A stretch of DNA of 64,000 nt. Source: Bacteroidales bacterium. GTDB taxonomy: Bacteria; Bacteroidota; Bacteroidia; Bacteroidales; VadinHA17. Under the pieces are notes generated by a model. That model did not search any database, was not told the DNA's origin, and worked only from the letters and a program-made list of their open reading frames with translations. Shown piece by piece: positions 30,445-39,995 of the stretch. How positions within the stretch are numbered: position 1 is the first letter of the stretch; the number at the start of each line of letters is the position of its first letter. The translations under genes were made by a program, and so were the position numbers. The stretch covers positions 14,134 through 78,133 of the forward strand of contig JALONR010000005.1 of assembly GCA_025454815.1 (NCBI GenBank), read 5' to 3'.

Positions 30445-30490
30445 TTTGCGATGTGCGACTTGCGATTGAATAAACCGGCAATCGCAAATC
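30443..30490. repeat. Heptamer array with inverted partner at the ispF/hutU convergent junction (probable bidirectional terminator)
   Basis: GATTTGC GATGTGC GACTTGC GATTG ... CAATC GCAAATC. Confidence 0.6.
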
Positions 30491-32506
30491 TCAATTCTTT
30501 TGCCTGAAAATCTCCTCTATGAGATTGTCGTCTGTCTGCTCGGGCATGGTGACAACAAGCCCGGGTGTCCGTTCCATCTCTCTTGTAATTGCTGCGATGG
30601 CCCCGCTGTTTCTTGCCCAGCTGCGGCGCGCGATGCCGTTGTTGACATCCCACAGGAGCATTGACCTGATTCGCCGCGCCGTGTCGGCACTGCCGTCAAG
30701 TACCATGCCGAACCCTCCGTTGATAACTTCACCCCAGCCAACACCACCACCGTTGTGAAGCGAGACCCAGGTTGCACCGCGGAAGGCGTCGCCGATAACA
30801 TTCTGAACCGCCATATCAGCAGTGAAACGGGACCCGTCATAGATATTTGATGTCTCACGGAACGGCGAATCTGTGCCTGATACATCATGATGATCACGTC
30901 CGATTACTATCGGGCCTGATATATGTCCAGCGGCGATGGCTTCGTTGAAGGCACCGGCGATCTTCATCCTGCCTGCTGCATCGGCATAAAGAATGCGTGC
31001 CTGTGATCCGACCACCAGCCTGTTTCGCCCTGCTTCATGAATCCAGTGAATATTGTCTGACATCTGCTGGCGGATATCTTCGGGTGACTCCTTCATAAGG
31101 CGCTCAAGGGTGGCAGCTGCAATGGCGTCACTCTTCTCAAGGTCAGCCGGGTTGCCCGAGCAGCACACCCAGCGGAAAGGACCGAAACCGTAATCAAAGC
31201 AGATTGGCCCCATAATATCTTCAACGTAAGATGGATACCTAAATCCTCCCCTGCCGTTGCCGATGTCAGCACCGGCACGTGAAGACTCGAGCAGAAATGC
31301 ATTGCCATAATCGAAGAAGTAGGTTCCGTGGGCGGTATGGCGGTTGATCGCCTGAACCTGCCTACGCAGTGATGCCTGTACGAGCCCGCGGAATTTCTCG
31401 GGATCCTCAGCCATAAGAGTGTTTGCCTCATCAAAGGTGATCCCTGAAGGATAATATCCCCCTGACCAGGGATTATGCAGCGAGGTCTGGTCTGATCCCA
31501 GGTCAGCCCACAGACCCTCATCGGCAAACCTCTCCCAGAGGTCCACGATGTTGCCGTGGTATGCCAGTGAAACAATCTCACCGTCAGCACAAGCCCTGCG
31601 TACACGTGACACCAGTGAAGCAAGGTCTCCGTGCACCTCATCAACCCATCCCTGCGAGTGCCGGGTGTTTATCGCCTTCGGGTTAACCTCAGCTGTCACA
31701 GAAACCACCCCGGCGATATTCGCTGCCTTGGGCTGAGCCCCTGACATGCCTCCCAGTCCTGATGAGATGAATAGCCTGCTTTTGCGCTCCGCCGGAGCCA
31801 CCGGGGCTGCCCTCCGTGTGGCATTCAGAAGGGTGATGGTGGTACCGTGAACGATCCCCTGCGGACCTATATACATATATGAACCTGCAGTCATCTGGCC
31901 ATACTGGGACACGCCCATGGCGTTGAACCGCTCCCAGTCATCCTGCGAGGAGTAGTTCGGGATGACCATCCCGTTTGTCACCACCACTCTCGGCGCCTCC
32001 CTGTGTGACGGGAAGAGACCCAGCGGGTGTCCCGAGTAAACAACCAGTGTCTGCTCGTCAGTCATCTCCGAGAGATATTTCATCGTAAGCCTGTACTGTG
32101 CCCAGTTCTGAAATACTGCCCCGTTGCCACCGTAGGTAATCAGCTCATGGGGATGCTGGGCCACCGAGGGGTCAAGGTTGTTGGTGATCATCAGCATGAT
32201 GGCGGCAGCCTGGACAGACCTGTGAGGGTATTCCTCAATGGGACGGGCCTTCATCTCATAGTCAGGCCTGTAACGGTACATGTATATGCGTCCCCTTTCA
32301 CGAAGTTCGGCGGCAAACTCCGTTGCCAGCACACCATGCAATGATGCCGGGAAATACCTCAGTGCATTGCGGAGGGCAAGCTTTTTCTCCTCAGTGGATA
32401 GCAGGTCACGGCGGCGGGGTGCGTGATTAACCGAAGAATCCCATCTCTTCGGCTCCGGCAGGTAAGCGGGAATGCCTTCCCTGACCTGTGATTTGAAATC
32501 ATTCAT
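30491..32506 (-). CDS. hutU: Urocanate hydratase (long form)
   Basis: NNLDP.VAQ.P.EL.TYGG, GQMTAGS..YIGPQGIVHGT, GLGGMSGAQ, SDQTS.HN, GRDHHD, HNGGGVGWG. Confidence 0.97.
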   Translation of the reverse strand: MNDFKSQVREGIPAYLPEPKRWDSSVNHAPRRRDLLSTEEKKLALRNALRYFPASLHGVLATEFAAELRERGRIYMYRYRPDYEMKARPIEEYPHRSVQAAAIMLMITNNLDPSVAQHPHELITYGGNGAVFQNWAQYRLTMKYLSEMTDEQTLVVYSGHPLGLFPSHREAPRVVVTNGMVIPNYSSQDDWERFNAMGVSQYGQMTAGSYMYIGPQGIVHGTTITLLNATRRAAPVAPAERKSRLFISSGLGGMSGAQPKAANIAGVVSVTAEVNPKAINTRHSQGWVDEVHGDLASLVSRVRRACADGEIVSLAYHGNIVDLWERFADEGLWADLGSDQTSLHNPWSGGYYPSGITFDEANTLMAEDPEKFRGLVQASLRRQVQAINRHTAHGTYFFDYGNAFLLESSRAGADIGNGRGGFRYPSYVEDIMGPICFDYGFGPFRWVCCSGNPADLEKSDAIAAATLERLMKESPEDIRQQMSDNIHWIHEAGRNRLVVGSQARILYADAAGRMKIAGAFNEAIAAGHISGPIVIGRDHHDVSGTDSPFRETSNIYDGSRFTADMAVQNVIGDAFRGATWVSLHNGGGVGWGEVINGGFGMVLDGSADTARRIRSMLLWDVNNGIARRSWARNSGAIAAITREMERTPGLVVTMPEQTDDNLIEEIFRQKN

Positions 32507-32630
32507 GATATTCGATAAAATTCAGCTTTGTAAAGATAAGAAAACGCGGAGAGACGCCGACTGAGGCGCCTCTCTATATATCAATTACCTGGTTATCCTT
32601 TTGCTGCTGAACCGATCTGCATGCCGGCTT

Positions 32631-33395
32631 TTACTTCGCCTCGCTGACGATCTCATCGTCAACGAGTATGCGTCCGCAGTATTCACAAACGATGATCTTC
32701 TTTCTCGACCTGATGTCAAGCTGACGCTGCGGGGGGATCTGGTTAAAGCAACCACCGCATGCATCCCTCTGTACCGACACTACTGCCAGGCCGTTCCGTG
32801 CATTGGAACGGATACGCTTGTATGCTGTGAGAAGTCTCTCCTCGATCCTTGTCTGAAGCTCGGTTGATTTGTCAGCGAGTTGCTCTTCCTCCTTCTGGGT
32901 ATCACGCGTGATATCCTCCAGTTCCGACTTCTTGCCTTCCAGGTCATGCTTCCGTTCATCGAGTGAGTTCTGTGCTTCAGCCATCACCTCCTTTTTCTCA
33001 GCCACCTGTGCGGTAAACTCACGAATCTTTTTGTTGCATAGTTCAATTTCAAGAGTCTGGAATTCGATCTCCTTTGAGAGTGAATCATACTCACGGTTGT
33101 TTCGCACGTTGTTCTGCTGCTCCTCGTATTTTTTTATGAGGGCCTGAGATGCGGTTATCTCATTGCTCTTGCCAACCATGGCTTTATCGAGCTCGGCAAT
33201 CTCATTCTTCAGGTTTCCTATCCTCGTTTCGAGGCCTGCCACCTCATCCTCAAGGTCCTGCACTTCAAGAGGGAGCTCACCGCGGAGGGTGCGGATCTTA
33301 TCTATCTCTGAATCAACGAGCTGCAGTGAATATAATGCCCTCAGTTTCTCTTCTATTGTAAGTTCAGTTTCAGCTGATTTGGTCTGTTTTGTCAT
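32631..33395 (-). CDS. Coiled-coil C4-type zinc-ribbon protein
   Basis: Long coiled coil then CGGC...CEYCGRIL; canonical partner of the Nif3 gene. Confidence 0.92.
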   Translation of the reverse strand: MTKQTKSAETELTIEEKLRALYSLQLVDSEIDKIRTLRGELPLEVQDLEDEVAGLETRIGNLKNEIAELDKAMVGKSNEITASQALIKKYEEQQNNVRNNREYDSLSKEIEFQTLEIELCNKKIREFTAQVAEKKEVMAEAQNSLDERKHDLEGKKSELEDITRDTQKEEEQLADKSTELQTRIEERLLTAYKRIRSNARNGLAVVSVQRDACGGCFNQIPPQRQLDIRSRKKIIVCEYCGRILVDDEIVSEAK

Positions 33396-34497
33396 ACCCG
33401 TAGTAATTAATGGGATTTGTTTTTATCCCGGAAAACCGGAGTGCAAAGTTAGGAAATTTTTTCTGAATCAGGTTGTAGAGAATTTCCAAAGCAAATTTTT
33501 CGCTTTCATAATGGCCTATATCAGCCACGAGCATATCTGCAGGGGCTTCGGTGAAGGCGTGGTATTTGATGTCACCCGTGATGAAGGCGTCGGCGCCGGC
33601 GCGTACGGCGCTGCTGATGAGGTATGAGCCCGCACCTCCGCACACGGCCACCTTTGTGACGGTGCGGGCGGGGTCACCGCTGTAGCGGATGACGGGCAGA
33701 CCGGTCAGCTCCCTGAGCCGTTGCAGCAGCGCCGCACCAGCCAGCGGAGCCGGCAGGGTGCCGATGGCACCCGCGCCGGCGCCTGTGTACTCATTCTCAA
33801 GTGAAATAAGATCCCACGCAACCTCCTCATATGGGTGAGCGGAAAGCATCGCTTTCACACAGGGACCCTTCAGATGGGACGGGAGAACAACCTCAATCCG
33901 CACCTCCGGCTCGGAATGATATTCCCCTACCCCTCCGGCAAACGGATCTGCACCCTCACCTGCACGATATGTCCCCTCTCCCTTCAGGTTGAAACTGCAC
34001 CTGTCATAATTGCCTATATGACCTGCACCTGCTCCAAAAAGGGCATCCCGAACCGCACCGGCATGTGATTCCGGCACAAAGGTCACTAGCTTTAAAAGCC
34101 TCCCCTTCAGCGGCTCCAGCACACCGATCCCTTCCAGACCAATCTTCCGGGCCAGTATATGACTGACACCATTGCCGGCGTTGTCCAGGCTTGTATGCGC
34201 AGAATAAACTGCTATTCCCCGCTTCAGTGCCTCAGCAACGCATATCTCGCTGTTGCTGCCATATGCTACCCGCTTTAACGGCCTGAAAATAAGAGGATGA
34301 TGAGACAGCACCAGGTTACAGCCATGCAGGGCCGCCTCCCCGATGACCTCAGGCGTCACGTCAACACTCAGCAGTATCGATCCTATGGATGCACCATTAT
34401 CACCAACCTGCAAACCGCTGTTGTCATAATCTTCCTGAAATGACGGGGGAATCAGTCCTTCAAGCCACCTGACGAATTCTGCAAGGGTAACAGCCAT
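33370..34497 (-). CDS. Nif3-like dinuclear metal center protein (with PII-like insert)
   Basis: DYDNSGLQVG, HHPLIF, HT.LD, GAG.IG.YD.CSF, HPYEE, CGGAG, GDIKYH, GHYESE. Confidence 0.94.
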   Translation of the reverse strand: MAVTLAEFVRWLEGLIPPSFQEDYDNSGLQVGDNGASIGSILLSVDVTPEVIGEAALHGCNLVLSHHPLIFRPLKRVAYGSNSEICVAEALKRGIAVYSAHTSLDNAGNGVSHILARKIGLEGIGVLEPLKGRLLKLVTFVPESHAGAVRDALFGAGAGHIGNYDRCSFNLKGEGTYRAGEGADPFAGGVGEYHSEPEVRIEVVLPSHLKGPCVKAMLSAHPYEEVAWDLISLENEYTGAGAGAIGTLPAPLAGAALLQRLRELTGLPVIRYSGDPARTVTKVAVCGGAGSYLISSAVRAGADAFITGDIKYHAFTEAPADMLVADIGHYESEKFALEILYNLIQKKFPNFALRFSGIKTNPINYYGYDKTDQIS

Positions 34498-34501
34498 AAA
34501 A

Positions 34502-34840
34502 TCAATTGATTTCGTCCCGGATCTCCAGGAGCATCTCCCTGATATTCCTGAGTGTGTCCGCTATCTCCAGCCTGTAATCGGCATCGCTCCGATTCTCTTT
34601 AAGGTATTTCTTTGCCCCCTCTATGGTCATACCCCTGTGTCGGAGCAGGTGGTGAATGAGCTTCAGGTTCTTAATATCATCCTGCATGAAAAGCCTGTTG
34701 CCCTTATTGTTCTTTTTGGGCCTGAGGATATCAAACTCCTTTTCCCAGAAACGGATCGTTGAGACAGGTTCTGAAAACATCTCGGAGACCTCCCCTATCT
34801 GATAGAAGAGTTTTTCCACTTTCTTTTCCCTGTAAGGCAT
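34502..34840 (-). CDS. MerR family transcriptional regulator
   Basis: Y.IGEV..MF....STIRFWEKEF..L.PKKN.KGNR, GMTIEGA. Confidence 0.93.
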   Translation of the reverse strand: MPYREKKVEKLFYQIGEVSEMFSEPVSTIRFWEKEFDILRPKKNNKGNRLFMQDDIKNLKLIHHLLRHRGMTIEGAKKYLKENRSDADYRLEIADTLRNIREMLLEIRDEIN

Positions 34841-34855
34841 TTAAGGCTGGTTCAA

Positions 34856-35842
34856 TCAATCGAAGGTTTGACCGCTCTTGCTTGATATCTCAAGCATCCT
34901 TTCATACTCCTCAGGAGTAAGGTCATTGAAGTAATACATAGCAGGATCAACAGGCCTCCCGTTAACATGTACCTCATAATGAAGGTGAGGAGCAGTGGAG
35001 AGCCCTGTGCTTCCCACAAAACCTATTACATCACCCCTCTTTACCTTCTGCCCCACTCTCACATTGAAACGGTCAAGATGGGCATAAACGGTCTGGTAGC
35101 CAAAACCGTGGTCAATAACAATATGGTTACCAAGTTCACGGCGGGCCGACTTAACCTCCCTGATCACTCCGTTCCCTGTTGAATAGACGTCGGTCCCCGT
35201 GGGAGCCGTGAAGTCCATTCCCGAATGGAACTTTGATATCTTGTAAATCGGGTGAATACGGTATCCGAAACCTGAGGCGGTGCGCTTCAGGTCAGAGTTC
35301 GAGACAGGTTGTATCGCAGGGATACTGCTCAGCATCTCCTCCTTCTCCCTTGCATAAGCTATAAGCTCATCAAATGACTCCGACTGAACATAGATTTTTT
35401 TCCTGATCCTGTCAAGGCGCCTGGCAGTCTCAATAACCAGCTCGGAGTTTGAAAAACCTTCAAGCTCCTCATACCTGTTAACACCGCCAATACCTCCTTC
35501 ACGGAACGAAGAGGCCACAGGCTCGCTTTCGAATATGGTCCTGTAAAGGTTGTCATCTGTTTCCTGGAGGTGGAAAAGCACTTTTTCAACATTCTCCATC
35601 TCCTTGTTCATCAGCTCAAACTGGAGGGTCAGCTGGGCAATTTCCCTTTTCAGAGCCTTTTCCTGCGGGGAGTCAAAGATGAATGCAAAGATGAACCCGT
35701 AAATGCCGGCAAGAAACAGGGATGCTATGAAATACCCGAAAAGCCGAAGGAAGGTTTGTCTGAGGCCCAGCCTTATTCTGTCAAAGCTGAGTGTCTCGTG
35801 ATTGAACTTGTACTTTGTCTTTGGCATCTTCTGAGATGGCAT
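34856..35842 (-). CDS. M23 family metallopeptidase (copy 1)
   Basis: N-terminal TM, coiled coil, HSGMDF (HxxxD), YAHL, PHLHYEV (HxH); own TATGTTTG promoter at 35856-35863. Confidence 0.94.
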   Translation of the reverse strand: MPSQKMPKTKYKFNHETLSFDRIRLGLRQTFLRLFGYFIASLFLAGIYGFIFAFIFDSPQEKALKREIAQLTLQFELMNKEMENVEKVLFHLQETDDNLYRTIFESEPVASSFREGGIGGVNRYEELEGFSNSELVIETARRLDRIRKKIYVQSESFDELIAYAREKEEMLSSIPAIQPVSNSDLKRTASGFGYRIHPIYKISKFHSGMDFTAPTGTDVYSTGNGVIREVKSARRELGNHIVIDHGFGYQTVYAHLDRFNVRVGQKVKRGDVIGFVGSTGLSTAPHLHYEVHVNGRPVDPAMYYFNDLTPEEYERMLEISSKSGQTFD

Positions 35843-35936
35843 GCGGTCTGTCCTGCAAACATAAGAAATTATAAAACAAATACAAAAACAGTCTTCATGA
35901 CTGAATTTGTTAAAGATTACTTAAAAATCCTTCTTC

Positions 35937-36126
35937 CACGGCCGGAGAGTTGTCAGAACCGGACCAGCGGCACCGGAGCCGGGGGTAAACACGGCCGAGT
36001 GTTGTCAGCACCGGATCAGCGGCACCGGAGCCGGGGGTAAACACGGCCGGAGAGTTGTCAGAACCGGATCAGCGACACCGGAGCCGGCCGCAGGCACGGC
36101 CGGACCATTGACCGGCCAGAACCTGA
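35937..36126. repeat. Tandem repeat, 3 full units of 53/52/53 bp plus a degenerate fourth
   Basis: Unit CACGGCCGGAGAGTTGTCAGAACCGGA(C/T)CAGCGGCACCGGAGCCGGGGGTAAA starting at 35937, 35990 and 36042; partial copy from 36095. Confidence 0.93.
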
Positions 36127-37083
36127 TTATGGCCTGGTAAGATAGTCAAGCATCCTGAAATACTCCTCTTCGGTAAGGTCGTCTTCAAAATACCACAGCG
36201 GGTTCACATGCGCGCCAAAAAGATCTATCTGGTAATGGAGGTGCGGACCGGTAGAAGTGCCCGTATTGCCTGACAGCCCCAGGAAATCTCCGCGGGAGAC
36301 TTTCTGCCCCCTTTTTACATTGAATTCACTGAGATGACCGTAAATGGTCCTGTATCCGTATCCATGTTCAATGACCACCTTTATTCCGAAACCGTCTTTC
36401 TGGTTACCTGCATAGGCCACCACACCGGCACCGGTGGCATAGACCTCAGTACCTACCGGACAGGTGAAATCCTGTCCGAAATGCCAGCGAGGTGATCCGT
36501 AAACCGGATGCTTTTCCCGGAACTTAAGCCCGTCACCCAGCCTCATGGTTACATTAACAGGCCTGATGTATGGCAGATGCTCCCACATCTCCTTCCACTC
36601 ACCTGCCCTTGCAGTAAGCTCTGTCAGTGAATTGTACTGAATATTTGTCTGTGTCTTCAGATCGTCAAACTTTGACCTTACCCGCATCATAAGACCTGAA
36701 TTCAGATAGCCCGTCAGGTCGGCCATCCGGTTCGTACCTCCCGCACCACCCTCGGAGATGTCAGACGGTATCTGCGGCAGGTCAAGAACAGAACGGTAGG
36801 TGGAGTTGTCAGTTGACCTCAGGTCAGCAACTGATCCGGTATAATGATCAATTTTCCTTTCAAGAAGCGTATAACTCAGCCTGAGTTCATCAACCTGCTG
36901 CCGGAGCAGTTCCTCCTTCGGTGATCCGAAGATCCTGTGAAAAACAAAACTGTAGAAAAGTGTTATAACTATTGAAACAGTAAGCCCGACAGCAAACCTC
37001 ACAAGCTTTTCTCTCCCGTTGTGCCTGTGCTGCCTGAACTGAAGATTGGCATGGTCAAAAACGTATTTCTTCCTTTTAAACAT
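36127..37083 (-). CDS. M23 family metallopeptidase (copy 2, tandem paralog)
   Basis: Same architecture as copy 1; HFGQDF, YGHL, TGPHLHY. Confidence 0.93.
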   Translation of the reverse strand: MFKRKKYVFDHANLQFRQHRHNGREKLVRFAVGLTVSIVITLFYSFVFHRIFGSPKEELLRQQVDELRLSYTLLERKIDHYTGSVADLRSTDNSTYRSVLDLPQIPSDISEGGAGGTNRMADLTGYLNSGLMMRVRSKFDDLKTQTNIQYNSLTELTARAGEWKEMWEHLPYIRPVNVTMRLGDGLKFREKHPVYGSPRWHFGQDFTCPVGTEVYATGAGVVAYAGNQKDGFGIKVVIEHGYGYRTIYGHLSEFNVKRGQKVSRGDFLGLSGNTGTSTGPHLHYQIDLFGAHVNPLWYFEDDLTEEEYFRMLDYLTRP

Positions 37084-37200
37084 CAGCAGTCATGTGGATC
37101 ACCCCACCATTTTAAGACGACAATTCTTCAAACGTGAAATATTTGATTTAATTTTACGCACCCTAAAGGAAATAGTTTCAAAACAGGGTGCGGAGTTAAG

Positions 37201-39834
37201 ATGAAGGCTAACGAGATAAGGGAGGAATTCCTCAGTTTCTTCAGGTCAAAGGAACACAGGATAGTGCCATCGGCACCGATGGTAATCAAGAATGACCCCA
37301 CGCTGATGTTCACCAATGCAGGGATGAACCAGTTCAAGGATATATTCCTCGGCAACCAGCCGGCAAAATACAAAAGGATAGCCAATTCGCAGAAGTGCCT
37401 GCGGGTTTCGGGTAAGCACAATGACCTCGAGGAGGTGGGACTTGACACATACCACCATACAATGTTTGAGATGCTTGGCAACTGGTCATTTGGCGATTAT
37501 TTCAAGAAGGAAGCCATAACATGGGCATGGGAGTTTCTTACCGGAAGGCTTGGCATACCCCAGGAAAGAATCTACGCCACCGTATTTGAAGGTGACCCTG
37601 TGGAGGATGTGCCCCGCGATGAGGAGGCTTCATCATACTGGCTTAAATGTTTCACAGATCCTGAAAATCACATCCTTGACGGATCAAAAAAAGACAACTT
37701 CTGGGAGATGGGTGAGACAGGCCCCTGCGGCCCGTGCTCTGAAATACACGTTGATATAAGGTCTGACAGTGAGAGGGCCGCCACACCGGGGCACCTGCTG
37801 GTTAACAAGGGGCATCCGCAGGTGATTGAGATATGGAACCTGGTCTTCATACAGTATAACCGCCGCGCCGGAGGAGAACTGGAACTCCTCCCTGACAGGC
37901 ATGTTGATACAGGCATGGGTTTTGAACGCCTTTGCATGGTGATACAGGGAAAGAAGTCCAATTATGACACTGATATCTTCCAGCCACTGCTGGCAGCCTC
38001 GGCAGAAGTAACCGGCAAACCATACGGACAGAAGAACGAGTGGGACATTGCGCACAGGGTGATAGCCGACCATCTCCGGACGGTTGCCTTTTCGGTCGCC
38101 GACGGTCAGCTGCCCTCAAACAACAGGGCCGGTTATGTCATCAGAAGGATACTGCGCCGTGCCGTCAGGTACGGATATACATCCCTTGGCATGAGTGAGC
38201 CTTTTATCTACAGGCTCATTCCTTCACTTGTTGAATCAATGGGGTCACATTACCCGGAGCTCCATGCCCAGAAAGAGATAATCACCAGGGTGATACATGA
38301 AGAGGAACAGTCTTTCCTTAAAACACTGGGGAAAGGACTGCGGATGATTGAACGGAGGGTGGAGACACTCAGACAGGAAGGAAAGAACCTCTTTCCCGGC
38401 AGGGATGCCTTTGAACTGTTCGACACTTACGGCTTCCCCGTTGACCTTACCCAGCTTATTCTCAGGGAGAACAGCATGACCCTCGACGAAGAGGCTTTCA
38501 GGAACGAGCTGAACACCCAGAAGGAGAGGTCAAGGGATGACGCCGCCGTTACGGCAGGCGACTGGGTGGTTATCCGCGATACCGAAAGCACACAATTTAC
38601 AGGCTATGACCGGACGGAAGACAAGGTGAGGATCGCCCGCCACCGGAGGGTAACCTCCCGCGGCCGCGAAGCAGTACAGCTTGTTTTTGACCGTACCCCC
38701 TTCTATGCAGAATCAGGAGGACAGGCAGGTGACCGCGGCTATATTGAAGGGGGAGGAGAGAAAATCACCATCACTGATACGGTGAAGGAAAACAACCTTA
38801 TTATCCATATCGCCTCCTCTGTTCCGGCTGATCCCTCCATGACCTTCCGCGCTGTGGTTGATGCCGGCGCAAGGCAGGATACCGCGAATAACCACACTGC
38901 AACACACCTGATGCACCATGCCCTGAGAGAGGTGCTCGGCAAACATGTGGAACAGAAAGGTTCACTGGTAACAGCTGACAAGCTGAGATTCGACTTCAGC
39001 CACTTCAGGCAGGTGACACCTGAAGAGATCAAAGCGGTTGAAGAGAAGGTCAATGAGATGATCATGCAGAATATTGCTTCGGTGGTCCATGACGACACAC
39101 CCCTGGAGGAAGCGCTCTCAATGGGGGCAATGGCTCTCTTTGGGGAAAAATACGGCGAGCAGGTAAGAGTGGTCTCTTTCGGAGACTCCGTTGAACTTTG
39201 CGGAGGCACCCACGTTGACCAAACCTCCCGGATAGGACTCTTCAAAATAATCTCCGAGGGGGCTGTCGCTGCAGGAGTAAGAAGGATCGAAGCAATAACC
39301 GGAAGGCACGCATTCAGCTATATAAGTGAAAAACTGGGATTGCTCGATGAAATAACGGCAATGCTCCGCAGCACCGGAAACCCGGTAGTAAATATCTCAA
39401 GGCTGATGACTGAGAATTCTGCCCTGAAAGCCACCATTGAAAAACTGCAACAGGCATCTGCAGCAACGGCCCGGAATGAACTCGCCTCAGGAGCTGAAAC
39501 CGTGGGCAACTGCCGCATTTACTCAGGAATCCTAGAAGATACACAACCGGATACCCTGAAGAATATCGCTCACCAGATAAGACAGGCAGACGAAAGCAGC
39601 ATAATCATCATCGGTTCGGAAAACGAAGGAAAGGCATCCCTGGTCATAGGACTTGGAGAAAAAGCCGCTAGGGAAACCCGTCTCAATGCCGTGGAGATAA
39701 TAAAGGCCATCTCCGGTGAGATCAGCGGTGGCGGTGGCGGACAACCCTTCCTGGCAACCGCAGGCGGCAAAAAACCGGAAGGCCTTCAGACTGCGGTAAA
39801 TAAAGCCAGGGAAATGGCCAAAAAGATGCTGTAA
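37201..39834 (+). CDS. alaS: Alanine--tRNA ligase
   Basis: FTNAGMNQFK, HHTMFEMLGNWSFGDYFK, DTGMGFER, NHTATHL, ELCGGTH, GGGGG. Confidence 0.99.
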   Translation: MKANEIREEFLSFFRSKEHRIVPSAPMVIKNDPTLMFTNAGMNQFKDIFLGNQPAKYKRIANSQKCLRVSGKHNDLEEVGLDTYHHTMFEMLGNWSFGDYFKKEAITWAWEFLTGRLGIPQERIYATVFEGDPVEDVPRDEEASSYWLKCFTDPENHILDGSKKDNFWEMGETGPCGPCSEIHVDIRSDSERAATPGHLLVNKGHPQVIEIWNLVFIQYNRRAGGELELLPDRHVDTGMGFERLCMVIQGKKSNYDTDIFQPLLAASAEVTGKPYGQKNEWDIAHRVIADHLRTVAFSVADGQLPSNNRAGYVIRRILRRAVRYGYTSLGMSEPFIYRLIPSLVESMGSHYPELHAQKEIITRVIHEEEQSFLKTLGKGLRMIERRVETLRQEGKNLFPGRDAFELFDTYGFPVDLTQLILRENSMTLDEEAFRNELNTQKERSRDDAAVTAGDWVVIRDTESTQFTGYDRTEDKVRIARHRRVTSRGREAVQLVFDRTPFYAESGGQAGDRGYIEGGGEKITITDTVKENNLIIHIASSVPADPSMTFRAVVDAGARQDTANNHTATHLMHHALREVLGKHVEQKGSLVTADKLRFDFSHFRQVTPEEIKAVEEKVNEMIMQNIASVVHDDTPLEEALSMGAMALFGEKYGEQVRVVSFGDSVELCGGTHVDQTSRIGLFKIISEGAVAAGVRRIEAITGRHAFSYISEKLGLLDEITAMLRSTGNPVVNISRLMTENSALKATIEKLQQASAATARNELASGAETVGNCRIYSGILEDTQPDTLKNIAHQIRQADESSIIIIGSENEGKASLVIGLGEKAARETRLNAVEIIKAISGEISGGGGGQPFLATAGGKKPEGLQTAVNKAREMAKKML

Positions 39835-39995
39835 AACAGCTGCCCCCTTCCGTTCGAAACTAAACCGGGGTATTGTAGTTATTACCAGTTTACAAATCAG
39901 TTAATTATACTGTCATTTACCTGCCGGTTGGTGCATTTGCTTTTTTTGTTCGAAATTCTTAATCTTGTATCGCTAATCCAAAAAACCTATCCTTA

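Noticed and set aside
30491-32506. Orphan, unusually long hutU
   Set aside because: The ~670-aa form and dispersed hut genes are common in Bacteroidota.
35570-36040. 156-aa + strand ORF running into the tandem repeat
   Set aside because: Antisense to the M23 gene; repeat units of 52-53 bp are not codon-phased.
35937-36126. CRISPR array
   Set aside because: Units are near-identical over their full length with no unique spacers, and no cas genes are in the window.
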